This document shows positions 42,034 to 48,957 of a stretch of 64,000 bases of DNA, in pieces (positions within the stretch are counted from its first letter, which is position 1; each line of letters opens with the position of its first letter). The position numbers were made by a program, and so were the translations under genes. The notes under the pieces were generated by a model that did no database searches, had not been told where the DNA came from, and was given only the letters and a program-made list of their open reading frames with translations. The DNA lies in IMG/VR virus record IMGVR_UViG_3300044701_003160, positions 155,019-219,018 of that record. The stretch is one strand, 5' to 3'.

Positions 42034-42174
42034 TTATTTGCCTTGTCCGCGATACTTTTTCTTTCTTCCATTACGAGAAGTTGCTGAAAGAAGAGTACGT
42101 GCTGACCGCCCTTGACGAGTCTTCTTCGGTGCCCCTGCCTCAAACACCGTTTTATTCGTTCCACCTTTTGCCAT
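42034..42174 (-). CDS. Small basic protein (46 aa, ends KYRGQGK)
   Basis: Hand-translated MAKGGTNKTVFEAGAPKKTRQGRSARTLLSATSRNGRKKKYRGQGK; GAGG RBS. Confidence 0.75.
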   Translation of the reverse strand: MAKGGTNKTVFEAGAPKKTRQGRSARTLLSATSRNGRKKKYRGQGK

Positions 42175-42185
42175 AAGTTACCTCA

Positions 42186-42953
42186 TTAAATTACGCGAGT
42201 TTTTTCATGCCCCACACGAATGCGAGGATCACACCAGATTTGATATCCTTGCTCAATTGCATCAAGACAGAATGAAACATCCTCACCACACATATCTTGA
42301 ACTGCACCAGACTCAAAGACTTGCATCTTAGGAGCAAACCAAGGATATTCGAGATTTTCAAAGACTCCGTGTTTAATCAGAACCCAACCAAAACCAGTAT
42401 AGTCAACTGTGAAAGGCTTTCTACGCTTGGAGATTGATTCCACAGTTTCGTGATTCATTACACCACCATTCTTGCGGAAATCATCTTCTTCCAACCAGTG
42501 TGCGACAGAAGTTGTGTGACCATCTTCAGTTGCATACCATCCTGCGACAATTTCACGCTCTTCTCCTTCTTCTGAAAGAGCCATATCACAGAGTTGCCAG
42601 AACTTGTTAGAATCAAAAACAATATCACTATCAATCCAAAGTTGATAATCATATTGAAGTTTACCATCCCAAGGAATCTGCTTCGGACCTCGGAGTACAT
42701 TTGCTCCAAGTACCTTACAACGTGCGAAGTTAACCATTGATGAGTAGTCTTGAGAAATCTGAATACTCATTCCATTTTGAACTAGATCAAAGCAAAGTTG
42801 TACAAATGCTTTGAGGAAAATAAAAGAACATCCTCTTCCAGGTAGACAGAAGATAATACTCTTTCCTTTCATTCTTTCTTTAATTGCATCAAAATCCCAT
42901 TCTTGTTCTTTGGGTTTTGGTGCTGCAGCTTTAACAGTAAATCCTTTTGCCAT
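42186..42953 (-). CDS. GT-A fold glycosyltransferase-like protein
   Basis: IIFCLPGR, NFARC, WIDSDIVF (DxD), VDYTGFGWVLIK, GEDVSFC. Confidence 0.75.
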   Translation of the reverse strand: MAKGFTVKAAAPKPKEQEWDFDAIKERMKGKSIIFCLPGRGCSFIFLKAFVQLCFDLVQNGMSIQISQDYSSMVNFARCKVLGANVLRGPKQIPWDGKLQYDYQLWIDSDIVFDSNKFWQLCDMALSEEGEEREIVAGWYATEDGHTTSVAHWLEEDDFRKNGGVMNHETVESISKRRKPFTVDYTGFGWVLIKHGVFENLEYPWFAPKMQVFESGAVQDMCGEDVSFCLDAIEQGYQIWCDPRIRVGHEKTRVI

Positions 42954-43002
42954 AAGTAAAAAACAACCTTCAGATCAATTTTATCAGTTTATTTAGTATC
43001 TG

Positions 43003-43203
43003 TCAATATGAAGAGTTTAGTGGTATGAGTTTATTCACATACATCATTTCATATTGCAAGTCTTCCTTTGAAATATCTGCATCAAGTATATCAATCATTC
43101 TGTGTAACATCTCCCAAATCTCAGAAAATTTTTCCTCTGATAGACTGTGATACACACACCGATCTTTTGCATATATGTGATATATTTTTTCGTATTCTTT
43201 CAT
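43003..43203 (-). CDS. Hypothetical protein
   Basis: 66-aa ORF on the coding strand, tightly packed. Confidence 0.65.
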   Translation of the reverse strand: MKEYEKIYHIYAKDRCVYHSLSEEKFSEIWEMLHRMIDILDADISKEDLQYEMMYVNKLIPLNSSY

Positions 43204-43228
43204 AAAAAAATATCCGGAAAAATTTTTA

Positions 43229-43387
43229 TTATTTTGTCAACGCATTATATATCATCACTATGAGTATTCCGAGGGGGATTCCAATAAATCGGAACATCTT
43301 TCCAGGATATCGTATCATCCATCCTGCAAAGATTACCTTCCAGAAATTCCAATAGGGAGTTCTTTGGGGGGTTCGGCGGCTAATCAT
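43229..43387 (-). CDS. Small membrane protein (52 aa)
   Basis: Hand-translated MISRRTPQRTPYWNFWKVIFAGWMIRYPGKMFRFIGIPLGILIVMIYNALTK; start overlaps the upstream stop. Confidence 0.65.
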   Translation of the reverse strand: MISRRTPQRTPYWNFWKVIFAGWMIRYPGKMFRFIGIPLGILIVMIYNALTK

Positions 43388-43518
43388 TTTTTCCTTTTTT
43401 TAGATGCTCTTTTTTGTGCAGGAGACCTAAAGATACCTGTTGCACAACTCTTATTCTTTTTATGTTTTCCTCCGAAGATTCCCCATCCGTGACAGTTTGC
43501 TTTCTTCTTTGGTGCCAT
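43384..43518 (-). CDS. Very basic peptide (44 aa)
   Basis: MAPKKKANCHGWGIFGGKHKKNKSCATGIFRSPAQKRASKKRKK; follows the CTAAATA late promoter and GGAG. Confidence 0.6.
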   Translation of the reverse strand: MAPKKKANCHGWGIFGGKHKKNKSCATGIFRSPAQKRASKKRKK

Positions 43519-43550
43519 TTTTTTACTCCGGAAATTTTTTAAGAGATTGA

Positions 43551-43557
43551 TATTTAG
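43551..43557 (-). promoter_or_regulatory. Late promoter at the start of the late block
   Basis: CTAAATA on minus strand, 33 nt upstream of the ATG at 43518. Confidence 0.55.
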
Positions 43558-43725
43558 AGGTCGATTTGTCACCTCTGTAGGTTAGGGTAGTTTGGGTTTT
43601 TTATAACGGGGACAACGCCGCGCCACAACAACAACAAACGCCCATAAAACACTGCCGAATCACTATCATCACCAAGTCTAACATGAGAGCGCCACAGAGT
43701 CAAACTGCAGCGCCCCCAACATACA

Positions 43726-43848
43726 TCAGAACTCTACATCTGCCTCCACACTATCATCAGCATCGGTTGCAATACTATCAAGAATCTGCAGAATTTCGTT
43801 GCCGTTGTTACCTTGTGCAAGAAGAGAAAGAAGAACAGAGCGAGACAT
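43726..43848 (-). CDS. Small acidic hypothetical protein (40 aa)
   Basis: Hand-translated MSRSVLLSLLAQGNNGNEILQILDSIATDADDSVEADVEF. Confidence 0.65.
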   Translation of the reverse strand: MSRSVLLSLLAQGNNGNEILQILDSIATDADDSVEADVEF

Positions 43849-43931
43849 AATAAAGAAGAAAAGTGTAAGAAATTGTGTGTGAATTGAGTGTCTTTATAGA
43901 GGCGCATCTCATTCCTCTGACTATACCTTAC

Positions 43932-44090
43932 TCAGGCAGCGATAAGTTCACGATACTCTTCGAATTGCAGAAGTTCGTTATAGAAACTGTCGTCGTTCGG
44001 AGTGCTCATCGTAGGAATGCGATTGATAGCATCATAGCATTGCTGAACGATCTCATCAAAAGTATAACTGGAAGAAGGAACGTAGCGCAT
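43932..44090 (-). CDS. Hypothetical protein (52 aa)
   Basis: Hand-translated MRYVPSSSYTFDEIVQQCYDAINRIPTMSTPNDDSFYNELLQFEEYRELIAA. Confidence 0.55.
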   Translation of the reverse strand: MRYVPSSSYTFDEIVQQCYDAINRIPTMSTPNDDSFYNELLQFEEYRELIAA

Positions 44091-44189
44091 GAGAGTGTAA
44101 GTTAAAGTGTGCTGTGAGAGATACAGTGTTGCCCCTGTGGCTGCCTTGTGGGATGTACTCTTAGCAATCCCACTGTCTGATGCTAATTC

Positions 44190-44438
44190 CTAGAAATCGA
44201 AGACATCAGAGTTAAGCTGAATCACGTTAACTTTGGGGTCGTCGAACCTTACACCGTCAGGAGTTTCGACCATAAAGTCGCGGACATAATCGACGAAATC
44301 TTCATAAGAACCAGCCTCACTGGCGATGTTATAAAGACCCTCATCATTGTTGATCCACAGTGCAACATTCCAGGTCTCATAATTCTCCCAACCGTTATAG
44401 GAAACGTCGAGAGCATTGCGTTGAAAAGTGGTAGTCAT
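44190..44438 (-). CDS. Conserved phage hypothetical protein
   Basis: GWENYETWNVALWI motif. Confidence 0.75.
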   Translation of the reverse strand: MTTTFQRNALDVSYNGWENYETWNVALWINNDEGLYNIASEAGSYEDFVDYVRDFMVETPDGVRFDDPKVNVIQLNSDVFDF

Positions 44439-44483
44439 TTGGAGAAAAGTGTGATGGTAAAGTGTAAGTGAGAATGGAAGGAT

Positions 44484-44648
44484 TCAGTCCAACCATTGAC
44501 CGTTAATGAACTCCTCAACTACACACTTAAGGGAACGGTCAGTAAGGATAACTTGCTGGAACATCTTTGCATTCAACAGAGTAGGAAACTCTCCAGCAAC
44601 TTCTAGACCATCAGCGGTAGGAATTACAACTCGAAAAGTGTTAGTCAT
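44484..44648 (-). CDS. Hypothetical protein (54 aa), first gene after repeat copy 1
   Basis: Hand-translated MTNTFRVVIPTADGLEVAGEFPTLLNAKMF... Confidence 0.6.
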   Translation of the reverse strand: MTNTFRVVIPTADGLEVAGEFPTLLNAKMFQQVILTDRSLKCVVEEFINGQWLD

Positions 44649-44666
44649 TTGAGTGGGTTGGTCCTT

Positions 44667-44696
44667 ACACTACTGATGCACTTTCAGGGGCCCAAT
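44667..44696 (-). repeat. 30-bp cassette/promoter repeat, copy 1
   Basis: ATTGGGCCCCTGAAAGTGCATCAGTAGTGT (minus strand). Confidence 0.95.
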
Positions 44697-44697
44697 A

Positions 44698-44865
44698 TCA
44701 TTCAACTTCCTGCAGTCTCTCTATAAACTCATCCAGGTAATCTGTGGGATCGTGACCTAACTCTGCGATACGATTTAACTCATTTAGGACTGCGTTAAAT
44801 TGTTTCACATAAGGCACGCGAATTCTGTCTGTCTTGCCCAGAAATGTGTAGTTTTTAGGTCTCAT
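44698..44865 (-). CDS. Small protein with GKTDRIRVP motif (possible DNA binder)
   Basis: Hand-translated 55 aa MRPKNYTFLGKTDRIRVPYVKQFNAVLNELNRIAELGHDPTDYLDEFIERLQEVE. Confidence 0.6.
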   Translation of the reverse strand: MRPKNYTFLGKTDRIRVPYVKQFNAVLNELNRIAELGHDPTDYLDEFIERLQEVE

Positions 44866-44915
44866 AGTTTTGTCCCAAAATGATGCTATTATCTATAAGG
44901 TTTTGGGACAAAACT
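44866..44915. repeat. Perfect 15-bp inverted repeat abutting a start codon
   Basis: AGTTTTGTCCCAAAA (44866-44880) / TTTTGGGACAAAACT (44901-44915), 20-nt loop. Confidence 0.9.
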
Positions 44916-44927
44916 CAAAGTGCTGTT

Positions 44928-45101
44928 TTACCACCTCTCAGGGCAACTTAGGTCCTCAACGTATGCATCCACACGCTCAGCTGGTTCCAGTTGAAATAGT
45001 TTCTCCCAGTCAATCTGATGCGGGTCAAAGTCTGGAAACGCTGAGATGTCAAGAGTTACACGATACCTAACTTTCTGTGCTTGTTGAAACGCAACTGACA
45101 T
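44928..45101 (-). CDS. Hypothetical protein (57 aa)
   Basis: Hand-translated MSVAFQQAQKVRYRVTLDISAFPDFDPHQIDWEKLFQLEPAERVDAYVEDLSCPERW; AGGAG RBS and sigma70 promoter. Confidence 0.75.
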   Translation of the reverse strand: MSVAFQQAQKVRYRVTLDISAFPDFDPHQIDWEKLFQLEPAERVDAYVEDLSCPERW

Positions 45102-45129
45102 AAGTGTGCTCCTGAATGTGTATAGGAAT

Positions 45130-45158
45130 ACTATAAGTCCTCTGGGTGTTTATGTCAA
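45130..45158 (-). promoter_or_regulatory. Canonical sigma70-type early promoter
   Basis: TTGACA-N17-TATAGT on minus strand. Confidence 0.85.
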
Positions 45159-45460
45159 GAGGTTGGGAGTATTTATTCGGGGTTCTTATGTTTTTTGAGT
45201 GTCCTGTGAGGGTTTATGAACGTCCGGAGCGGGGTTATACTTGACGGAATCGCGTTTCTGTGTTAGCGTCGCCTTAGATCACAAGACCTGGCTAGATTAA
45301 AAGGACCATAAGATCGCCACCTAATTGATACGAATCCTTATCATTATCACCTTTTAATTACAATAATTATCACACACTTAAATCACACAGCTATAATTAA
45401 AAAAGGCTTTTTTATTTGTTTTAATACATTTTTAACCTTATTTACCTTTCATAAGCATAC

Positions 45461-45491
45461 AAAAAAGCAGAGGATTACCAGTCCTCTGCTT
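45461..45491 (-). terminator. Intrinsic terminator
   Basis: AAGCAGAGGA-7nt-TCCTCTGCTT followed by TTTT on minus strand. Confidence 0.85.
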
Positions 45492-45579
45492 ATACACCCA
45501 ACCACCATTTGATTGAATTATCTATACTCTACGATGTCACTTTGATTGTATAGCAGAGGCAAACATCTTCCTCTTTGTA

Positions 45580-45837
45580 TTAGATACTCACACAAGCACC
45601 TTTTCGCATTTGAGTATAACCTTTATGCCATTGAACTGCTTGCCCATTCACATGATGCAACCCATAATAATACCTTCGGACATTAGTTTCACTCAAATCA
45701 TAACACTTTGCAATTTGCTTAAATGTATGCTCTGGGAAAACTTTCTTATGTTTGTTGATAGTTTCACACCAATACTTTGCATGATCAGTGAAACGAATTG
45801 AATGAGTTGAATGTACTTGAATGTTACGCATAATCAT
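45580..45837 (-). CDS. Hypothetical protein with an HTH-like segment
   Basis: TFKQIAKCYDLSETNVRRYYYG resembles a helix-turn-helix. Confidence 0.6.
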   Translation of the reverse strand: MIMRNIQVHSTHSIRFTDHAKYWCETINKHKKVFPEHTFKQIAKCYDLSETNVRRYYYGLHHVNGQAVQWHKGYTQMRKGACVSI

Positions 45838-45977
45838 TGGATTTGAGAATTAGGAACTTCTTGAATTGTCTCTTGAATTGTGATAATTTGATTCGTTTCA
45901 GTAAGATAATCAGTTTGCATTACATTCGGACCAATGATAGATTGACCGACAATAGTTGCGACTAGGAGTTCAATCAT
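45834..45977 (-). CDS. Hypothetical protein (47 aa)
   Basis: Hand-translated MIELLVATIVGQSIIGPNVMQTDYLTE...; ATGA overlaps at both ends. Confidence 0.6.
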   Translation of the reverse strand: MIELLVATIVGQSIIGPNVMQTDYLTETNQIITIQETIQEVPNSQIQ

Positions 45978-46150
45978 TGTGCGTTTTCAGAATAAAGAAT
46001 GTCGTTCACTATTTGGCGAAACTTATCTGCATCAGTCACACATTCATGAGATAATTGTGAATCTTCGATGTCGTATTGTTTCATCTCCAGAGTGTGAATC
46101 ACGTCATTCATAATTTCAGTCAATGCGAAAAGTTTGTCTGCGTCAGTCAT
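45974..46150 (-). CDS. Hypothetical protein (58 aa)
   Basis: Hand-translated MTDADKLFALTEIMNDVIHTLEMKQYDIED...; ATGA overlap. Confidence 0.55.
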   Translation of the reverse strand: MTDADKLFALTEIMNDVIHTLEMKQYDIEDSQLSHECVTDADKFRQIVNDILYSENAQ

Positions 46151-46247
46151 TGAAAAAGTGTAAAATTAAAAGTGCAATTTGTTGGTCACTGAATACATCT
46201 AACTCATCATCAGTGAATGTACTTAACAGAGAGAAAACTTTTGTCAT
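46143..46247 (-). CDS. Hypothetical peptide (34 aa)
   Basis: Hand-translated MTKVFSLLSTFTDDELDVFSDQQIALLILHFFND; fills the gap exactly. Confidence 0.4.
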   Translation of the reverse strand: MTKVFSLLSTFTDDELDVFSDQQIALLILHFFND

Positions 46248-46253
46248 TAGGAT

Positions 46254-46565
46254 TCAGTCGAGTTTGATACCATTGTTGAAAGGAACTTCACCATTGGATG
46301 TTGATACAAACCAGTTGAAGTTCTTTTGATACACACGCTCTCCATTTCCGTGTGCAGAAAGAATAGCATTTAGACGGGATTTGGTTGTGGTTGTTTGATG
46401 TCCGCCATCGAACAATTCGAGGAAAGTATCAGCAACCATTGCAATCAGATTGTTATACAAATAAACGAAACTTACTCCTTCAATGTTAATGACTTTCGTA
46501 TTGTCGCATTTCCAATCAGTTTCCGTGAGAATAGCACGGTTCATTTGTGCTTCGATCTTACGCAT
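46254..46565 (-). CDS. Hypothetical protein, first gene after repeat copy 2
   Basis: 103-aa ORF MRKIEAQMNRAI...TTTTKSRLNAIL. Confidence 0.75.
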   Translation of the reverse strand: MRKIEAQMNRAILTETDWKCDNTKVINIEGVSFVYLYNNLIAMVADTFLELFDGGHQTTTTKSRLNAILSAHGNGERVYQKNFNWFVSTSNGEVPFNNGIKLD

Positions 46566-46586
46566 TTTAGGATTGGTTGAGTGGTG

Positions 46587-46616
46587 ATACTACTGATGCA
46601 CTTTCAGGGGCCCAGT
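46587..46616 (-). repeat. 30-bp repeat, copy 2
   Basis: ACTGGGCCCCTGAAAGTGCATCAGTAGTAT. Confidence 0.95.
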
Positions 46617-46617
46617 A

Positions 46618-46779
46618 TCAGTAACATTGCCGATCATAGATTGACTCATTCCATCCGTTACGATAGTATTCACGAGCATCATAATCTTCAGCAGTCATTA
46701 GATCATCGTGCTCACAATCTTCATAGTAAGCATCAAACTTAGAATACGATTCACCTTTGTAGAAACTGGTTGTCGTCAT
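46618..46779 (-). CDS. Acidic Tyr-rich peptide (53 aa)
   Basis: Hand-translated MTTTSFYKGESYSKFDAYYEDCEHDDLMTAEDYDAREYYRNGWNESIYDRQCY. Confidence 0.55.
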   Translation of the reverse strand: MTTTSFYKGESYSKFDAYYEDCEHDDLMTAEDYDAREYYRNGWNESIYDRQCY

Positions 46780-46937
46780 TTGTGATTCTGAAAGTTGTTT
46801 GCGTTGTTTGTTTGAACTGCATTGATTGTCTGCTTCTGAACAAACCTAACTCCGTTGTCCAAAATAGGCGCAAGACCGTTAAAGCCTACCGTTCCGACTG
46901 AAATACCAAGAACGGTTCCAAGTATAAAGGATTTCAT
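46776..46937 (-). CDS. Small membrane protein (53 aa)
   Basis: Hand-translated MKSFILGTVLGISVGTVGFNGLAPILDNGV...; GxxxG-rich hydrophobic N-terminus. Confidence 0.6.
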   Translation of the reverse strand: MKSFILGTVLGISVGTVGFNGLAPILDNGVRFVQKQTINAVQTNNANNFQNHK

Positions 46938-46940
46938 AAT

Positions 46941-47285
46941 TTAGACTCCAAGATCAACAAGTTTCAGGAAAACATTCTTTCTTGCAACTACCTTACCGTT
47001 TACAGTATAAGAGTAACGAACTCCACCCTTTACAGTCGGTGAGCAACGGCAATAGAGTTTGACCTCGTTAATCTTATCACCTTGCTGATTGTGCAAAGGA
47101 AAGTAATAAGAACACTCACCAGCAATATATGATGCTTTAGAGCGAGGATCAACAACAACGGTAGCATTCAGGCGATCAATAATACCATTGCGAGCATCAT
47201 AATTATCGCGGGCAAGTTTGGATGCAAGATTGATGCTATCTTGAATGTCGTTGATGGTCATTTGGTTGGTTTGGGTGTTGCTCAT
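46941..47285 (-). CDS. Hypothetical protein, first gene after repeat copy 3
   Basis: 114-aa ORF from the ATG inside the repeat; second in-frame ATG at codon 9. Confidence 0.7.
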   Translation of the reverse strand: MSNTQTNQMTINDIQDSINLASKLARDNYDARNGIIDRLNATVVVDPRSKASYIAGECSYYFPLHNQQGDKINEVKLYCRCSPTVKGGVRYSYTVNGKVVARKNVFLKLVDLGV

Positions 47286-47313
47286 ACTACTGATGCACTT
47301 TCAGGGGCCCAGT
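47284..47313 (-). repeat. 30-bp repeat, copy 3
   Basis: ACTGGGCCCCTGAAAGTGCATCAGTAGTAT. Confidence 0.95.
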
Positions 47314-47314
47314 A

Positions 47315-47482
47315 TCAGTCACTTACCGAAACCCAGTTGTTACCATCATACTCAACCATCTCTCCATCGACTATACAAAACTCCATCAAATAATAATCAA
47401 GACTTACACCAAGTTCATCAGCTTCAGATTTGAGTTCAGTAAATTGTTGAACGTCAAGAATAAAGAAATTAGTTTCAATCAT
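47315..47482 (-). CDS. Hypothetical protein (55 aa)
   Basis: Hand-translated MIETNFFILDVQQFTELKSEADELGVSLDYYLMEFCIVDGEMVEYDGNNWVSVSD. Confidence 0.65.
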   Translation of the reverse strand: MIETNFFILDVQQFTELKSEADELGVSLDYYLMEFCIVDGEMVEYDGNNWVSVSD

Positions 47483-47483
47483 C

Positions 47484-47645
47484 TTACCAGTTAATAAGAG
47501 TAGCTGTGTTGCCTAGTTGATTTTGTTCGTGAATGATTTCTTCTGCGTGAGCATAAGTTTTAACTGTGATGTATCGTGCTTTGCCTCTTGTTTCAGGAAA
47601 CAAATTGAGACGATCAATGATACGAACTGTATTAGAATGTTTCAT
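47484..47645 (-). CDS. Hypothetical protein (53 aa)
   Basis: Hand-translated MKHSNTVRIIDRLNLFPETRGKARYITVKTY... Confidence 0.65.
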   Translation of the reverse strand: MKHSNTVRIIDRLNLFPETRGKARYITVKTYAHAEEIIHEQNQLGNTATLINW

Positions 47646-47646
47646 T

Positions 47647-47820
47647 TCAGACAGTAGCAGGAGAGAGGGAAACTTCGACTCGTTTGAGATTCAAACCTTG
47701 CAGTTGTTCATTCACACGCTTGCAGATAGCTTCAGTTGGATTCTTGAGTTTGGACTTCTCGTACCAAATAGTACGACAACCATCATTAGTTTCAACTTGA
47801 ATACGAATAGTTTTCATCAT
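47647..47820 (-). CDS. Hypothetical protein (57 aa)
   Basis: Hand-translated MMKTIRIQVETNDGCRTIWYEKSKLKNP... Confidence 0.65.
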   Translation of the reverse strand: MMKTIRIQVETNDGCRTIWYEKSKLKNPTEAICKRVNEQLQGLNLKRVEVSLSPATV

Positions 47821-47823
47821 CAA

Positions 47824-47991
47824 TCAGATAACAGAGTAACAAGCAACAGAGGAAGGAATACCAGATAATGCTAAAGAACCGTTGCGATCATCAGCATAAT
47901 CGTAGGCATCATCTTCGCTGTAGAAAGGTCCAATGTACTCAGGAGAATCGAGTGCATTAGAATCAAATCGGACAGTGTAGGTGGTGTTCAT
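47824..47991 (-). CDS. Hypothetical protein (55 aa); its only ATG lies inside repeat copy 4
   Basis: Hand-translated MNTTYTVRFDSNALDSPEYIGPFYSEDDAYDYADDRNGSLALSGIPSSVACYSVI. Confidence 0.6.
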   Translation of the reverse strand: MNTTYTVRFDSNALDSPEYIGPFYSEDDAYDYADDRNGSLALSGIPSSVACYSVI

Positions 47992-48019
47992 ACTACTGAT
48001 GCACTTTCAGGGGCCCAGT
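47990..48019 (-). repeat. 30-bp repeat, copy 4
   Basis: ACTGGGCCCCTGAAAGTGCATCAGTAGTAT. Confidence 0.95.
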
Positions 48020-48040
48020 TGTGATTAACTTGCAGAAAAC

Positions 48041-48232
48041 TTAGAGAGTTTGAAATGCCTCTGCACGGGTGTTTTCATACTTTTTCTTGAGATACTTTTG
48101 TGTGATACTATCAATCACAGGATACCATTGTTCTTTATTGGAAAGATGACTAATACCTCGTGCATCGTTGAGAAGAAACACGATACAGTTCTCCTCATCT
48201 TGAGTGAGATTCAGTCGGTTGAGAATAGTCAT
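48041..48232 (-). CDS. Hypothetical protein
   Basis: 63-aa ORF; ATGA overlap with the upstream gene. Confidence 0.6.
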   Translation of the reverse strand: MTILNRLNLTQDEENCIVFLLNDARGISHLSNKEQWYPVIDSITQKYLKKKYENTRAEAFQTL

Positions 48233-48510
48233 ACTAGATTAAGTTCAGGAGCAGGTTCAACCTTAAAGTTACCAAATCGACCACAAGAGATAGAAACAGC
48301 ATGAGAAGGTGCGCCGAGTTCATCAACAACATCCCAGAAATCTTTGCCTTCTTCGATTACAACATAACCGAAAGTTCCAGGATTTGAGAGTTGCTTACGT
48401 CCATTCTGTTTTGCATCATTCAGGTTAAAGAATCGCTCTTTACGATTCCACCAACCTAGACGTGCTACATCTTCACTTGGACCGAAAGAGATTGTGATAA
48501 AGTCAGACAT
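48229..48510 (-). CDS. Hypothetical protein
   Basis: 93-aa ORF on the coding strand. Confidence 0.7.
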   Translation of the reverse strand: MSDFITISFGPSEDVARLGWWNRKERFFNLNDAKQNGRKQLSNPGTFGYVVIEEGKDFWDVVDELGAPSHAVSISCGRFGNFKVEPAPELNLV

Positions 48511-48517
48511 AATCAGT

Positions 48518-48697
48518 TCAGGATTTAATCAATGAAGGATAGTCTTTCATACGGAAGACTTTGTTGCGAGGGTTAATGTCAATCAATCGGTCAAGTGCAT
48601 CACCAATCGTAGAACGAACTTGCTCATCTTTCAGTGATACTTGCTCATACACTTCGTAGAGAGCAGTATAAATGTCGTCCCATTGAGTTTGAGTCAT
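48518..48697 (-). CDS. Hypothetical protein
   Basis: MTQTQWDDIYTALYEVYE...; start trimmed to the ATG at 48697. Confidence 0.65.
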   Translation of the reverse strand: MTQTQWDDIYTALYEVYEQVSLKDEQVRSTIGDALDRLIDINPRNKVFRMKDYPSLIKS

Positions 48698-48699
48698 AA

Positions 48700-48924
48700 T
48701 CAGGCAGGAAGAACACAGAAAGTTCCACACCAACCGCGAACCCATTGTAGAGTTTCATCGTAGGAAGTGCGGGGTTTGGACATTACCATCGACACATTCT
48801 TTTCAGGATTGTATGCAATAGCAACGAACTTGTCTTCTACTTGTTGAATCCACATTTGATTCACTTTACCTTCCTTCCAGTTGGTGTGATAGTGGTAGAC
48901 TTGATCCATTGTGGTTGTGCTCAT
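48700..48924 (-). CDS. Hypothetical protein, first gene after repeat copy 5
   Basis: 74-aa ORF; second in-frame ATG at 48909. Confidence 0.7.
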   Translation of the reverse strand: MSTTTMDQVYHYHTNWKEGKVNQMWIQQVEDKFVAIAYNPEKNVSMVMSKPRTSYDETLQWVRGWCGTFCVLPA

Positions 48925-48952
48925 ACTACTGATGCACTTTCAGGGGCCCAGT
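48923..48952 (-). repeat. 30-bp repeat, copy 5
   Basis: ACTGGGCCCCTGAAAGTGCATCAGTAGTAT. Confidence 0.95.
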
Positions 48953-48957
48953 TGTTA

